Position numbers and translations under genes: made by a program
From: Octopus sinensis
Taxonomy: Eukaryota
DNA length: 64,000 nucleotides
Direction of reading: 5' to 3'
NCBI RefSeq assembly: GCF_006345805.1
Contig: NC_043003.1
Coordinates: 90,892,001-90,956,000, forward strand
Shown: positions 1-12,702 of the stretch, piece after piece
Numbering within the stretch: the stretch's first letter is position 1
Layout of the letters: each line of letters starts with the position of its first letter
The notes under the pieces: model-generated
The model's database searches: none
Seen by the model: only the letters and a program-made list of their open reading frames with translations
What the model was told of the DNA's origin: nothing

Positions 1-621
1 GTATAGTGTTGTGTACTATGATGATATCTGGTAGTAAATCACCAATTAAATATATTGTTGGGCAATAATTTCCTGGTTATGGCATTATAACTGGCCAGAA
101 TATTACCACCAGTTTCATGCCACATATTGCACCCATGCAATATGACCACTTTTCCAGCAAGTATAACTGTAAAGTTGTCAATATTGCCCAGATACAATAG
201 TTGGGGTGCAAAGCCAAAGGTAACATTTTGGTCAGTTATATGCTATAACCAATAATAATATACTGCTTGACTACATGCACACACACATATATATACAACC
301 ACTATATGACTCAAATTGAATCTGCTTTTCTTATAACAGATGGACAGCTGATGATTATATACATATATGGAACCACAGGCAAGTGTCTTCCATAACATCA
401 AATTGATCAATGCCTTGGCAATGAAACTGGTAAATGGAAACAGCATAGGAGCATATGGGATAGGTGTGAGTGCATATGCATGTATGCTTATTTCCATGAG
501 TCTTCAAATGACACCATTTAGGCAACAGTGCAAAGAACACAAAAGTTGGTGGTAGGAAGGTATCATACCTTAGAATACTGCCAAGAAGTTTTGTCCAATA
601 ATAATAATAATGATGATGATA

Positions 622-674
<53 letters not shown>

Positions 675-749
675 AGCTGTATACCAGACTAAACATTTAG
701 ACATTTAATTCTACTGACTTTAAAACAATGACTACAATATTGATAAAAC

Positions 750-797
<48 letters not shown>

Positions 798-802
<5 letters not shown>

Positions 803-988
803 AACACCAGGACTTACAAACACATATAACATACAGAAAATTGCACTACTAGGCACTGCACACATCCTATGCAGAACACTTTCCATACAATAACCATCAG
901 AGCATCACAACAAATCACAGCACATACCCAAGGCACACAGAGCTGCACTCGGTAGTGAAGTGAAAGCACACTAAAAATAAAACTACTG
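798..988 (+). mobile_element. ~190-bp 3' end of the same Dong-like family
   Basis: Nearly identical (about 4 differences) to 4199-4391; flanked by (TAA)n on both sides. Confidence 0.93.
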
Positions 989-1034
989 AATAATAATAAT
1001 AATAATTATTATTATTATTATTATTATTATTATT

Positions 1035-1240
1035 TCCCATTTTGGTCAACAACTTATTTCAAGGGGAGGGGAGGGGGATGTCAATTTCAGTACCTGACTG
1101 GTATGTTATTTCATTGACTTCCAAAGGAAAAATGGTACAGTTGACCTCATAGAATTTGAACTCAGAATGTACAGAACTGGAAGACGTGCTGCTAAGCATT
1201 TAGTCTAACATGCTATTGACTCTGCCAGCTCACTTCCTTA
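1035..1240 (-). mobile_element. tRNA-derived SINE family B (Nin-like central domain)
   Basis: Decayed reverse complement of the family core GAGCTGGCAGAAT...TTCTGAGTTCAAATTC...GAGGTCRACTTTGCCTTTCATCCTTT...AAGTACCAG; many copies in the window. Confidence 0.75.
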
Positions 1241-1277
1241 ACGATAATAATAATAATAGTAATAGTAGTAGTAGTAA

Positions 1278-1492
1278 TCCTTTCTACTAGAGGCACAAGA
1301 CCTGAAATTACAGGTGAATGGGTAAGTCAATTACAGCAAATCTAGTGCTCAACAGGTACTTAGTTTATTGACCCTGAAAGAAGGAAAGGCAAAGTCAACC
1401 TCAGCAGAATTTGAACTTAAAATGTAAAGAACCAGAGAAAATATCACAAAGAATTTTGTCTGATGTGCTAATGATTCTGCTAGCTCACTGCA
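1278..1492 (-). mobile_element. SINE family B copy
   Basis: Same head and core, with tail CCTTTCTACTA.AGGCACAAG..CTGAAAT; between (TAA)n tracts. Confidence 0.8.
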
Positions 1493-1587
1493 ATAATAAT
1501 AATAATAATATAATAATAATAATAATAATAATAATAAAATAATAATAATAATAATATAATAATAACAACAACAACAACAACAATAAT

Positions 1588-1763
1588 AGTACATGGAACA
1601 AATAGGGGTTGCAATAAGGGTGGAGCACTTGCAGAAAACAGCACTGCTTGGAACCGCTTGAATACTTTTGATGGTGTTCAAAAAATAATGGGTGTTACCT
1701 AAGTTCACTGGTAGTGTGCAGCTGACACTGTAGTACATCTCCAGCATTAGAAGCTGTGCAAAG
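1588..1763 (+). mobile_element. 3' end of a second R4/Dong-like family
   Basis: Translates MEQIGVAIRVEHLQKTALLGTA*IL, the conserved C-terminal motif, followed by a different 3'UTR; flanked by (TAA)/(CAA)n. Confidence 0.75.
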
Positions 1764-1888
1764 ATAATAAAATAATATTTTTCTGGAAATATGGATAGTT
1801 TATCCTGTTCATGCTATATTAGTAGCATTATCCTGTGTTTGAGAATAAAAAATTATTTCCTTATCCGTATATTTCAATAATAATAATA

Positions 1889-2093
1889 GTTTCAAATTTT
1901 GGCACAAGGCCAGCAATTTCGGGGAAAAGACTAAGTCAATTAAATCAACCCTAGTCTGCAACTGGTACTTATTTTATTGACCCCCAAAAGGATGAATGAC
2001 AAAAGTGGAATTTGAACCTAGAACGTAAAAACAGATGAAATTCTGCTAAGCATTTTGCACAGCATGCTAACAATTCTACAAGCTCACTGCCCC
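1889..2093 (-). mobile_element. SINE family B copy
   Basis: GGTACTTATTTTATTGACCCCCAAAAGGATGAA...GAATTTGAAC...GCTAAGCATTT...GCTCAC; immediately 5' of the TAA tract carrying the Dong element. Confidence 0.8.
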
Positions 2094-2191
2094 TAATAAT
2101 AATGATATTATTATTAATAATGATATTATTATTAATAATGATATTATTATTAATAATGATAACAACAACAACAATAATAATAATAATGATG

Positions 2192-2236
<45 letters not shown>

Positions 2237-2239
<3 letters not shown>

Positions 2240-4294
2240 TTCAAGGCATTCACTGCAGTGATATCGCAAAGGCTGAACAAGCACCTGGACGAAAACAAAC
2301 TGTTCCCAGAAGAGCAGAAAGGATGCCGCAAGGGCTCATGTGGCTGTAAAGTTCAACTAATGATTAATAAAGCCGTAACTGAAGACAGCCACAGAAAGAA
2401 GAAAGGCCTCAGTATGGCCTGGATTGACTACAAAAAGGCGTTTGATAGCATCCCCCACACATGGATCCTCGAAACACTAGCCATTAACAAAGTAGCACCA
2501 ACAATCATAAAATTCATAGAGCACTCTATGAATAAATGGCAAACAGTCCTACACCTCCAAACAAAAGAGGGACTCATGAAAACCAAAGACATCCCCATTA
2601 GAAGAGGAATATTCCAGGGAGACACGCTCTCTCCACTCCTTTTCTGCTTGGCACTGTCACCTCTATCTGATATGCTAAATAGAACTGGATGCGGATATAA
2701 ATGTTACGGCAAAACGATCAGCCACCTTTTATATATGGATGACCTAAAACTATACGCTGCAAATGACAAACAGCTGGAAACACTATTAAAGACAGTTCAT
2801 GGATTTACCAAAGAAATAGATATGAAATTTGGATTAGAAAAATGCGCCAAAGTAACCATGAAAAGAGGAAAACTAGTTAAGAGTAACAACATCACACTAG
2901 ATAAAACCAATGAAATAAAAGAATTAGACCAAAGCCAAACTTACAAATACTTAGGAATCCATGAACTAGATAAGACACAACACACACAAATGAAAGAGAA
3001 AATAAAAAAAGAATATTATAGACGAGTTAGATCAATACTAAAAACAGAGCTCAATGCTAAAAACAAGATAATAGGTATCAACACTTTAGCTGTCCCAGTT
3101 ATAAGTTACAGCTACAATATCCTTAACTGGACACGAAATGAACTGTCCAAAATAGATAGGAAAACAAGAAAAATACTGACAGGATCTAGGATGCATCACC
3201 CAAAATCTGACATAGAAAGACTATATATACAACGTATAGAAGGTGGTAGAGGCCTTATACAGCTGGAAAACTACTATAAAATAACCACCATAGGACTGCA
3301 AAAATATCTACTTCAGAAGGAAGGAAAACTGATCCAGATAGCGGCAAAACACGAGCAAAACAAAAAACTGTTCTCAGTATTTAAGGAAGCTGACAAATAC
3401 AAACAAGAAATCATACCACCTAATAAACACAAAGAAGAAGAAGAAGATGATGAAGAAACAACAAAAGCTATAAAACAAATGAAATCCAAACTAAAAATAG
3501 AACAGCAACGAACCATGATAAAACGATGGCAAGAAAAGCCCCTTCATGGTAAATACTGCACTAAACTAAACGCAAAAGAAATAGACAAAGAAAAATCCCA
3601 GCAATGGTTGAGAAGCTCAGGACTCAAAGCAGAAACAGAGGGATTTTTAATTGCAGCACAAGACCAAAGCCTCCCCACCAGAAATTACCAAAAACATGTA
3701 ATGAAAAGAAATATTACAAGTAACTGCAGAATATGTGGAGATGGACAAGAAACAATAAATCATATTATCTCTAGCTGCCCAGTCCTGGCTAAGAAGGAAT
3801 ATATTCACAGACATGACAGAGTTGGAACCTACATACATTGGAAGCTATGCCAACATTATGGAATAACAACAGAAAAAAGATGGTATAGGCACACACCAGA
3901 AAAGGTCACAGAAAACGAGAAAGCAACCATACTCTGGGATATGCTGATACACACAGATAGAGAAATTAAGGCCAACAGACCAGATATAGTTGTCAGAGAT
4001 CATGAAGAAAAAAAAATGCTTTCTAATTGATGTATCAATACCGGCAGATGACAACGTGTCTCTAAAAGAAATGGAGAAACTCTCAAAATGCAAAGACCTG
4101 GAAATAGAGGTAACTAGAATGTGGAATCTGAAAACAGAAACAATTCCTATCATAGTAGGTGCATTAGGCATGATAAAAAATATTCAGACAAATACATAAC
4201 AAAAACACCAGGACTTACAAACACATATAACATACAGAAAATTGCACTACTAGGCACTGCACACATCCTACGCAGAACACTTTCCATACAATAA
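2237..4294 (+). pseudogene. RT-RLE polyprotein ORF of the Dong-like element (N-terminally truncated, two homopolymer frameshifts)
   Basis: Open from MFKAFTAV (2237) to an A9 run at 4008-4016 (+1). Continues as CFLIDVSIPADDNV... to an A6 run at 4175-4180 (-1), then YSDKYITKTPGL...RRTLSIQ* with TAA at 4292-4294. The poly-Ile N-terminus of track ORF 2102..4030 is microsatellite. Confidence 0.9.
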
Positions 4295-4388
4295 CCATCA
4301 GAGCATCACAACAAATCACAGCACATACCCAAGGCACACAGAGCTGCGCTCGGTAGTGAAGTGAAAGCACGCTATAAAAATAAAACTA

Positions 4389-4391
<3 letters not shown>
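2237..4391 (+). mobile_element. 5'-truncated R4/Dong-clade non-LTR retrotransposon (RT + CCHC + restriction-like endonuclease) inserted in a (TAA)n tract
   Basis: RT motifs EEQKGCRKG, WIDYKKAFDSIPH, RRGIFQGDTLSPLLF, HLLYMDDLKLY, FGLEKCA and YKYLG; zinc knuckle CRICGDGQETINHIISSC; RHD; RLE motif NRPDIVV...LIDV...EKLSK; C-terminal QKIALLGTAHILRR. The ~97-nt 3'UTR ends directly in (TAA)n, and (TAA)n also lies 5'. Confidence 0.95.
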
Positions 4392-4426
<35 letters not shown>

Positions 4427-4429
4427 TGA

Positions 4430-4745
4430 TGATTGCAAGAATGTGGGCAATAAGGAGAGTAACTGTTATCCCAGTAGTTGTAGGGACACTCAGAGCACTA
4501 ACAACCATGTTCAAGAAATATGTTGGAGAAATTCGAATTGACATGAGGGCAAAAAAAAAAAAAATTGCTCTATTGGGGACAGCTAGGATTTTGAGATTGG
4601 GGCTTGTCTTCCATAATAGTTAACATCTAAGTACCAAAGCTTATAGCTTGCAGAAAGAGACTCTGTGAGACCTTTGACAACAGATCGCTGTCTGCTCTCA
4701 CAGAACCAACCAGAGCAAGTAAGACTGAGAGCTTTAAGAAGTAAA
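4430..4745 (+). mobile_element. 3' end of a third R4/Dong-like family
   Basis: IARMWAIRRVTVIPVVVGTL...KIALLGTARILR is homologous to the end of the RLE domain; it has its own 3'UTR and ends in (TAA)n. Confidence 0.8.
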
Positions 4746-4848
4746 ATAATAATAATAATAATAATAATTTTCTAAGAACTCAATAAATAGAAAATGTTAT
4801 TATACATAGAGATACTGTTATACACAAAAAAGCAAAAAGGATGCAAAA

Positions 4849-4880
<32 letters not shown>

Positions 4881-5232
4881 GGTGATGAATCATTTAGTCA
4901 TTCACTCCTGCTGTTATTGACAAAAAATAAATTAATCAAAAATGTAAAAAAATAAAAAGTATGAATGTATACACTTCACTGGAAATTTTTCAGGCGAGGA
5001 ATTTTCACTGAAAAAGAAGATAGAAATGAATGAAATACTTTCTGGAATTCTTGAAAATAAAAGGAAAAAGAAATGAGATAGCATTAACCTCAGCTACTTA
5101 TTAATTCTATTGGCTGTTAGCATTTAGTGTTTGTCATAAATTTTGAATTGAAATTTAAAAGATAAATTAAATGAAACAGATAAAACACTTCTATTTTGTT
5201 ATTTCATTATTTCATTTCAGTTTCATTTAAGC

Positions 5233-5445
5233 AAATGGTTCTGAACCATTTTTTTCCTATGGATCCCTAGGTTCCTATTTTACTCAGATGGACCCTCCTA
5301 ATCATTTGATACTTAAAAAATCCTATTATACTTTTATAATTAAAAAGTTTTAGGAATTGCATGTAAAAAATTTTTTTTTTAATATTTTGTGTATCACAGA
5401 TAGATTCTAACAACATTTTATGTGGACCTCAATTGAGAACCACTG
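5233..5445. mobile_element. hAT (Charlie-type) MITE
   Basis: Termini AAATGGTTCTGAACC / TTGAGAACCACTG (CAGTGGTTCTCAA-type TIR); imperfect 8-bp TSD ATTTAAGC / ATTTAGAC. Confidence 0.65.
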
Positions 5446-6001
5446 ATTTAGACTAATATCAATTGGTGCATAAGTGAATTAAGAGATTTTCAGAGCTTGG
5501 TTTTGTTTTCTTCTTGTTTCAGTTTACACAAATATGTGTGTGTGCATGTATGATCACTATTGAACTGAACTTTCCTTTATCCTCACACCATCTTTATAGA
5601 GTTTATACAGTATAAGCATCCACTTACTAAATCTTCTTTGGGGAGACAAGGATCATAACACTTTTCTCTCTCTCTCTCTCTCTCAGTGTACACCACATAG
5701 ACACAAACATATTGTTATGCACAATAAGCTCTCTGTCTCTCTCTATGTGTGTGTGTGCATATATATATATATATGCGTGTGTGTGTGTATGTGTGTGTAC
5801 ATATTTATGTGTATATGTATATATGTGTACATGTGCATGTATATATATATGTATGTATGTATTTTTATGTAAGTATGCATGTACATATAGCCAAATTCTA
5901 TTTTACACAGATTCTAATTGAGACTTATGATACATTGGTAATAAGCTTTTCTAAAAGTCAGTAAATAGATACCAGCCCTACACTTCTTCACAAGCAACGT
6001 T

Positions 6002-7233
6002 TTGGGACATCCCATAAATAATGCAGTTTTTTATACTTCTTTTTAATCTAAAATATACTCTCCTTCATTTTCTACAATTCTCTTCCATCTATCTGGTAGA
6101 CTTGCAAGGCTCCTTTTCCGAAATTCACTTGCCCACGGTGAAAAATACTTTTCTAGTACTGTTCTGACCTCATCTACAGAATTCATATTTTTTTATCCCA
6201 ATAATTTTGAAAACCATGGAATAAATGATAATCAGATGATGGGGCAATGTCCAGTAAATATGGTGGGTGCGGTATTGTTTCCCATTCAAACTGCTCCAGC
6301 CTTTCGAATGTCATCCTCACTGTATGTAACTGAGCATTATCCTGATGGAAGAACACATTTCATCTTGAAACTAAAGATCATCGATTTTTGTCTAGTACTG
6401 ACGCTGCTCGCAGTAGATCTCCTTTGTTATCATTTGGTTTGGATTTAAAAGTTCAAAGTTCAAACCTTTCATATCCCACCAAACAGATAACAACAACTTA
6501 TGTGGGTGAAAACCTTCTTTAGCCTTGGGTGCCAGTATTTCTCCTTTCCCTACCCACTGTCTTCAGCACTTGACATTTTTATAGATAACTAATTTCTCGT
6601 CACCAGTCACTATTTGGTATAAAAAATGGTTCATTCATGAGATGTGACAGCAAAGAAGAGCACACATTCACTCTCTGAGTGTGATTAGACTTGGAAAGTT
6701 TGTGAGGAACCGAATGACCCAATTTTCTGACTTGCCTGATGGCACGCAGGTGTCGATGAATGGTTGAATGACCAAATCCAAGCTTCTCTGCTAGTTTCTC
6801 AACAGTTACAATGGGATTTTGTTCCACCAGGGTTTGCAGGATGTCCTTGTCAAGCTGTTCATATCTTCCAGGATGAGGCTTGTCTTCTAGTCTGTAGTTT
6901 CTGGCTCGGTACTTTTGGAACCACAGTTGACACTGGCTTATGTTTATTGTCCAATCCCCATTTACTGCATTAATATTCCTTGCACTTTCTGTTGCGTTGT
7001 TGCCATTATTGAACTCATAATACAAAATATGCACCTTTGTCACTTCCATTATAGCTTTAAAAAAATTACTGTTAAAATCGAACTGCATTCTTCAAAACTT
7101 GCACTAAGAATAAGCACAAGGTAAAATTACTACCTGCTTTTATAGCAAGTTGATGCAGGCAGTTTATCCGCCCCCCTCTGACTATTAGTTCATGTAATTG
7201 AAAAAAAAACACATTATTTATGGGATGACCCAA
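6002..7233 (-). mobile_element. Full-length decayed mariner (DD34D) transposon
   Basis: ~30-bp TIRs TTGGGACATCCCATAAATAATG / CATTATTTATGGGATGACCCAA with TA at the right end; ~1.23 kb long. Confidence 0.93.
6043..7049 (-). pseudogene. mariner transposase pseudogene
   Basis: MEVTKVHILYYEFNNGNNATESARNIN (HTH), LEDKPHPGR, SVPHKLS (WVPHEL-like), IVTGDEK, HQDNA, HPPY..DIAP.SDYHLF; contains frameshifts and stops. Confidence 0.9.
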
Positions 7234-7932
7234 TATTTTTATGGAAAATCATTAGCTTGTTTTGCTATGTCCTTTGTCAATATTATCCTCAGCAGTGTCA
7301 TACATTTTATCATTATTGCAATCATGTTTATCTTCACTCCTCATTTTCATTGATATTTCTGTATCTGCGTCTATGGCCGTTGCTGAGCAATAAGTACAAC
7401 AAAACTGTTCAACAACACCAGCAACTACTACTACTACTACTACTACTATTACTGTTACCGCCACAACAACAACAACTCACATATACTTATATGCATGTAT
7501 GCTTGTGTACATATATATTTATATAAATGTGTGTGCAAGAAAATTATTGAAAATACATCATCAAGTATATGTGATGTCACTGAGTCATATGAAACTAAAT
7601 TGAGTGAAAGAAGGTGTTTCCGGATACACTGTCACAACAATTTTATCTCTTAAAAATAGCTATCAGCTAAAATTTTTCAATCATTGTTTTTCCATATCTG
7701 GAGAGGCTAAATTTGTTTCAGCATGCTGTTGCTAGTGGATACCTGCTACTAATGAAGCTTAAAGAAGCAGAAATATGTACTTAGCAATGCCACCACTGCG
7801 GCTGGACAAGTTTTGTCTGCTGCTGATACATTTCTGTGCCTTTTAACACTATACGTTTATAAGAGATACTTTTTTGAAACAAATGCCACAATTTTCAGGC
7901 TTTTAACAATATATCTGCTTTAAATATTGTAT

Positions 7933-8325
7933 AGGCATAGGAGTGGCTGTGTGGTAAGAAGCTTGCTTCCCAACCACATGGTTCCTGGTTCAGTCCCACT
8001 GCGTGGCACCTTGGGCAAGTGTCTTCCACTATAGCCTCGGGTTGACCAAAGCCTTATGAGTGGATTTGGTAGACAGAAACTGAAAGAAGCTTGTCATATA
8101 TATGTATGTGTGTATGTGTTTGTGTGTCTGTGTTTGTCCCCCAACATCGCTTGACAACCGATGCTGGTGTGTTTACATCCCCATAACTTAGCAGTTCAGC
8201 AAAAGTGACTGATAGAATAAGTACTAGGTTTACAAAGAATAAGTTGTGGGGTCGATTTGCTTGACTAAAAGGTGGTGCTCCAGCATGGCCACATGCAAAT
8301 GATTGAAACAAGCGAAAGAGTAAAG
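7933..8325 (+). mobile_element. tRNA-derived CORE-like SINE family A, near full length
   Basis: A/B-box-like head GGAGTGGCTGTGTGGTAAG...GGTTCAGTCCC, CCTTGGGCAAGTGTCTT core, internal (TG)n, tail GCTCCAGCATGGCCAC...GAAACAAG. Confidence 0.88.
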
Positions 8326-8380
8326 ATTGCTGCTTTGAAATAATACTATTTCTGTTTGCTAATATGAAATATATATAAAT

Positions 8381-8767
8381 TCTTTTATTCTTTTATTTGT
8401 TTCATGTTGACTGTGGCAATGCTGGAGCACTGCCTTTTAGTCAAAGAAATCGACCTCAGGACTTATTCTTTGTAAGCCTGGTACTTATTGTATCAGTCTC
8501 TTTTGCCGAACCATTAAGTTATGGAGACGTAAACATCAGTTGTCAAGCGATGGTGGGAGGACAAACACAGATACAAAGACATACACATAAATATATATAT
8601 ATATGATGGGCTTCTTTCAGCTTCCATCCATCAAATCTACTCACAAAGCTTCGGTTGGCCTGAGGCTATAGTAGAAGACAGCTACCCAAGTTACCATGCA
8701 GTGGGACTGAACCCAGAATCATGTGGTTGGGAAGCAAGCTTCTTACCACACAGCCATGCTTATGCCT
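8381..8767 (-). mobile_element. SINE family A, inverted relative to 7933-8325
   Basis: Reverse complement of the same consensus, tail-to-tail, ~55-bp spacer. Confidence 0.88.
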
Positions 8768-8891
8768 CTACACAGCCACACCTGTACCTATAGAAGTATA
8801 TGTCTACATATACATATATACTTATACATATATACACACATTCATGTATATATTTACATGTGTGTGTTTGTAAGTATGAGTGTGTGTGTAA

Positions 8892-9077
8892 TAGGCACAA
8901 GTGTGACTGTGTGATGAAATAGCTTGCTCCCACCCATGTGGTCTTGGGCCAGTCCTGCTATATTGCACCTTGGGTAAGTGCCTTCTACTATAACTTTGAG
9001 CAGACCAATGTGTGTGAGTGAATTTGGTACATAGAAACTGTACAGAAGCCTATCATACACCCACACATACACACAGT

Positions 9078-9131
<54 letters not shown>

Positions 9132-9149
9132 CAAACACATATCTGTATG

Positions 9150-9199
<50 letters not shown>

Positions 9200-9255
9200 T
9201 ATATAAGGTGGTGCTCCACCATGGCCACAGTCAAATGACTGAAATAAGTAAGTAA
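8892..9255 (+). mobile_element. SINE family A, internally deleted with expanded (TG)/(TA)
   Basis: Head, core and tail motifs present around a microsatellite. Confidence 0.7.
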
Positions 9256-10856
9256 AAAAAAGTAAAATATAGATATATAGCTAGATAGATAGATATACAC
9301 ATACACACATGTATACATACAAATGTACATGCATATAAATATGTATACATGTGTGCATGCATGTTGTTGGAATGTTTACATTCTGTGGTTTATGCATAAA
9401 ATGTCTATGTTTAGTGTTGTTCTCTGTTAACAAATTATCCACCAGCTGAATCCTTTTGAAGAAGAGTAAAATGAAAATGATCCCTGACTTAAAAATCAGT
9501 TAACGGTTAGCAACAAGAAGGCCATCCAGTGATAGAACAATGTGAATGTCTCAATAATATGTATTCCTTTAACCATTACTAAGAAGGAAAAATAGCTGTA
9601 AAGCAAAGAAACAAACATATTTAAGAATACATTCTAATTTTAAAATATTCAAAAATACTAAATATCTGAGTGATGAGAAACAAACTTAAATTGTTACAAC
9701 TGACAACTATTGAAAGATCATTTAAAGATCCACTGATAACAAACAAAATTGTAATTACGGAATTTCTTTTTATATTATACCTTGAACACTGCATTGTTGA
9801 AATTTATTTTAAATAATATATATATATATTGTAATGCATATCATTATTTTGATTATGTCACATACTATGATGATAAATATCACTGACACCCTTAAAAGTA
9901 AATAACATATCTTAGAACTTGGAGTTTCGCTGTCCATGTGCATATCCAGTTGTATATTGTGGGTTGTGCTTGTATTGTTCTTGGGAAATTGCATATTATC
10001 TTTAATCTTTCTCTTTGACTCCAAACTAGGACTTTGGTTCTGTTTATGCCACATTCTTTTTAATAACATTAGTTTCTAGAAAACTTTGTAGAATAATTAG
10101 GGAGTTTTGTTTTCTACCAAAACTTGTAGATATCAAGGAATGTTAGAGATATCACCCACATATTTTAGTAACATTACAGAAGGATTTTTGATAAAATGAA
10201 GCAAAAGGAAAATTCAGAATAAAGCCATATGAAAAATATTTCATTCTAATGTAAAAGAACCTCAGACTAGCATAATATAACACTTTAAAAGGTAGATTAA
10301 TGAATAATTTGGGAAATTCCAGAAAAATAATTTTTTTCTTAAAAAAGCACACTTACACTACTTCAGAATTTTCTAGAAAGTCTATTAAAAATCCTTGTGC
10401 TTAAATATGAAGAAAACTTAAGTGAAGGAAGTCTTAAAGCTGATAATTTCAATGGCATATTTTTAGAAATATTTGGAAATAGAGATCAAGTTAGTAGTGC
10501 AATGTAGTTCAATGAGGAGAGGAGTGGGGGAAAAAAAGGAAGTGTATATAAGCAAAGCTGTGCAGATAATTAACAGAAAACTTACTACAAATTTGATAAA
10601 CAAAGCTTTCATTTATACAAATTTTTATTATTATATAAATTTTTATGATGTAAATCAGTATCACACAAATAATGAACAAATTAATCAAGAAAATCAATTA
10701 ATTCCATAATAATCAAATCAAAGATAAGATAGGTAACAAATTTTATCTATTATTATAGACAAAATATTTATCTATCTTATAGATTAAAAACAAACATAGA
10801 TAACAAATGTATTTCTTCGAGGTATATATGTTGTAGATAAATATATAGTATATATA

Positions 10857-10922
<66 letters not shown>

Positions 10923-10980
10923 CATATATATATATACATATATACACACACACACACACAAATATATATATATATATATA

Positions 10981-11350
10981 CTCTTTTACTTGTTTCAGTC
11001 ATGTGACTGTGGCCATGCTGGAGCACCGCCTTTAGTCGAGTGAATCGACCCCAGGACTTATTCTTTGTAAGCCTAGTATTTATTCTGTTGGTGACTTTTG
11101 CTGAACCACTAAGTTACGGGGATGTAAACACACCAGCATCAGTTGTCAAGCGATGTTGGGGTGACAAACACAGACACACAACCATATACACACACATACT
11201 TTGTTTATGTCCCCATAACTTAGCGGTTCAGCAAAAGACACTGATAGAATAAGTACTAGGCTTATAAAGAATATATCCTGTGGCCGATTTATTCGACCAA
11301 AGGTGGTGCTCCAGCATGGCCACAGTCACATGACTGAAACAAGTAAAACA
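10981..11350. mobile_element. Two inverted 3' halves of SINE family A
   Basis: 10981-11190 (minus) and ~11200-11350 (plus) share the CCATAACTTAGCGGTTCAGCAAAAG...GCTCCAGCATGGCCACAGTCACATGACTGAAACAAG tail. Confidence 0.8.
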
Positions 11351-11424
11351 ATAAAAAAACTATGCTATTTTAATCTTGAGCATGGTTGGGTATCTCGGCT
11401 AGTAACCTCTAAAAGAACCAACAA

Positions 11425-11600
11425 ACTGTCAGAGTGGAGAAGGAACAGAGAAAATAGTTTCATATCCAGGTGTTCATCAAGGTTGTCTCAAACCAGCCAT
11501 ATGCTTCACCTTCTACTTTGAAGATGATAATGAGAAAGTCAATGGAGAGAACATCAGCAAGCTACAGCTTACTGACAATATAGTCCTTATTACAAACAAA
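11425..11600 (+). pseudogene. Decayed RT fragment of an RTE-type LINE
   Basis: GVHQGCL (GVRQGC-like) and VNGENISKLQLTDNIVLI (INNLRFADDIVL-like). Confidence 0.6.
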
Positions 11601-12702
11601 TTATCATGGACTTTGTAACCATTCCACTTCATTCATTTTCAGTCTAAGTAGGTATTTCCTAGATTACTAAAAAATTTCACAATTTGAAATAATCAAGTCA
11701 CATTAAATAGAGGATAAGCAGCCTTAAATTTCACTTACATGTAAAATGAATTTATCAGATTTTATTTCAAAATACTTAAATCTTATTTATACCAAAGTAG
11801 TTTTACATTGATGTAGAACATGGAATTTTGGTGGAAAAGGAAGTGGGAAGTTGTCACATTTAAACATTCTTTGAAGAGTATTAATGATGTAAGCAAAGTT
11901 AAGTGGTTCCAGCAGGAAATAGAAGCAAGGACATTGATACAACTTTTATAAACATAGTTTTATATACATATTTTACTAAATTCTTCATTATTTACAAAAT
12001 TAATTGAAAAAATCAGTGGTATTTCAATAGAATTATGGCCAGAAAAGAGTAAATTTAAACCTTCCATTATATTATGTTCCAAACACTAGCTTAATAATGA
12101 TAGTTCACAATCATCATTGTTTAAAATTCATTTTAAGAATTAATTCAAAAGTGGTGTATTTTAACAGAAATAGGGAAATGAAAGGTTTAAAAATTATGTG
12201 CTTAAATTTTTTTACACTGATTACATTTGTTTTTTAGGGGTCAAGTACTATTCAAATTAACAAACATACTTGAAAATAGTTTGTACTACAAAAAAGTGGT
12301 AAAATGGTCTGGTTTTTGAGACATTTCTTATATTTCCTAATATTCCATTACCTTCTCCATGATAAGATTTCAGTTCACCACTTCAAGCAAAAGGAAAACC
12401 AAAGGATATAGTTTCCACCTCTTAAAATAGTAAACTGTACAGGTGCATTATACCTATATACAACCAAGTGGATTTAGCTTTGGGTACCTTTCAAGTATCT
12501 TTACACAAGACACAGTGCAACACTGGTGAAGGGAAGCCAAAAATTTAACCTGAAGCTAGTAAGTTAGTACTTTGACACCTCCATTGCCTGTCTCACTGAA
12601 AAATCTAAGGCAAAGAAAACTATCTTTATCTGGACAACAGTACTAACTCTCATTCTTTAACTTGGCATCTTGCACACTAATTATGTGGTTAGTTTGGTAT
12701 AT

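Noticed and set aside
345-400. CTGATGA followed by GGAAC
   Set aside because: No GAAA, stem III or stem I partner; the downstream sequence is a decayed SINE A core.
2102-2236. Hydrophobic N-terminus (signal/TM-like) of the 642-aa ORF
   Set aside because: It is the (TAA)n target tract read in frame; the element is 5'-truncated at ~2237.
7933-8010. Functional tRNA genes at SINE heads
   Set aside because: A/B boxes are present but there is no complete cloverleaf, and they continue into multicopy SINE bodies.
9809-10069. 86-aa minus-strand ORF with a hydrophobic tail
   Set aside because: No clear splice signals or homology; the tail partly derives from AT repeats.
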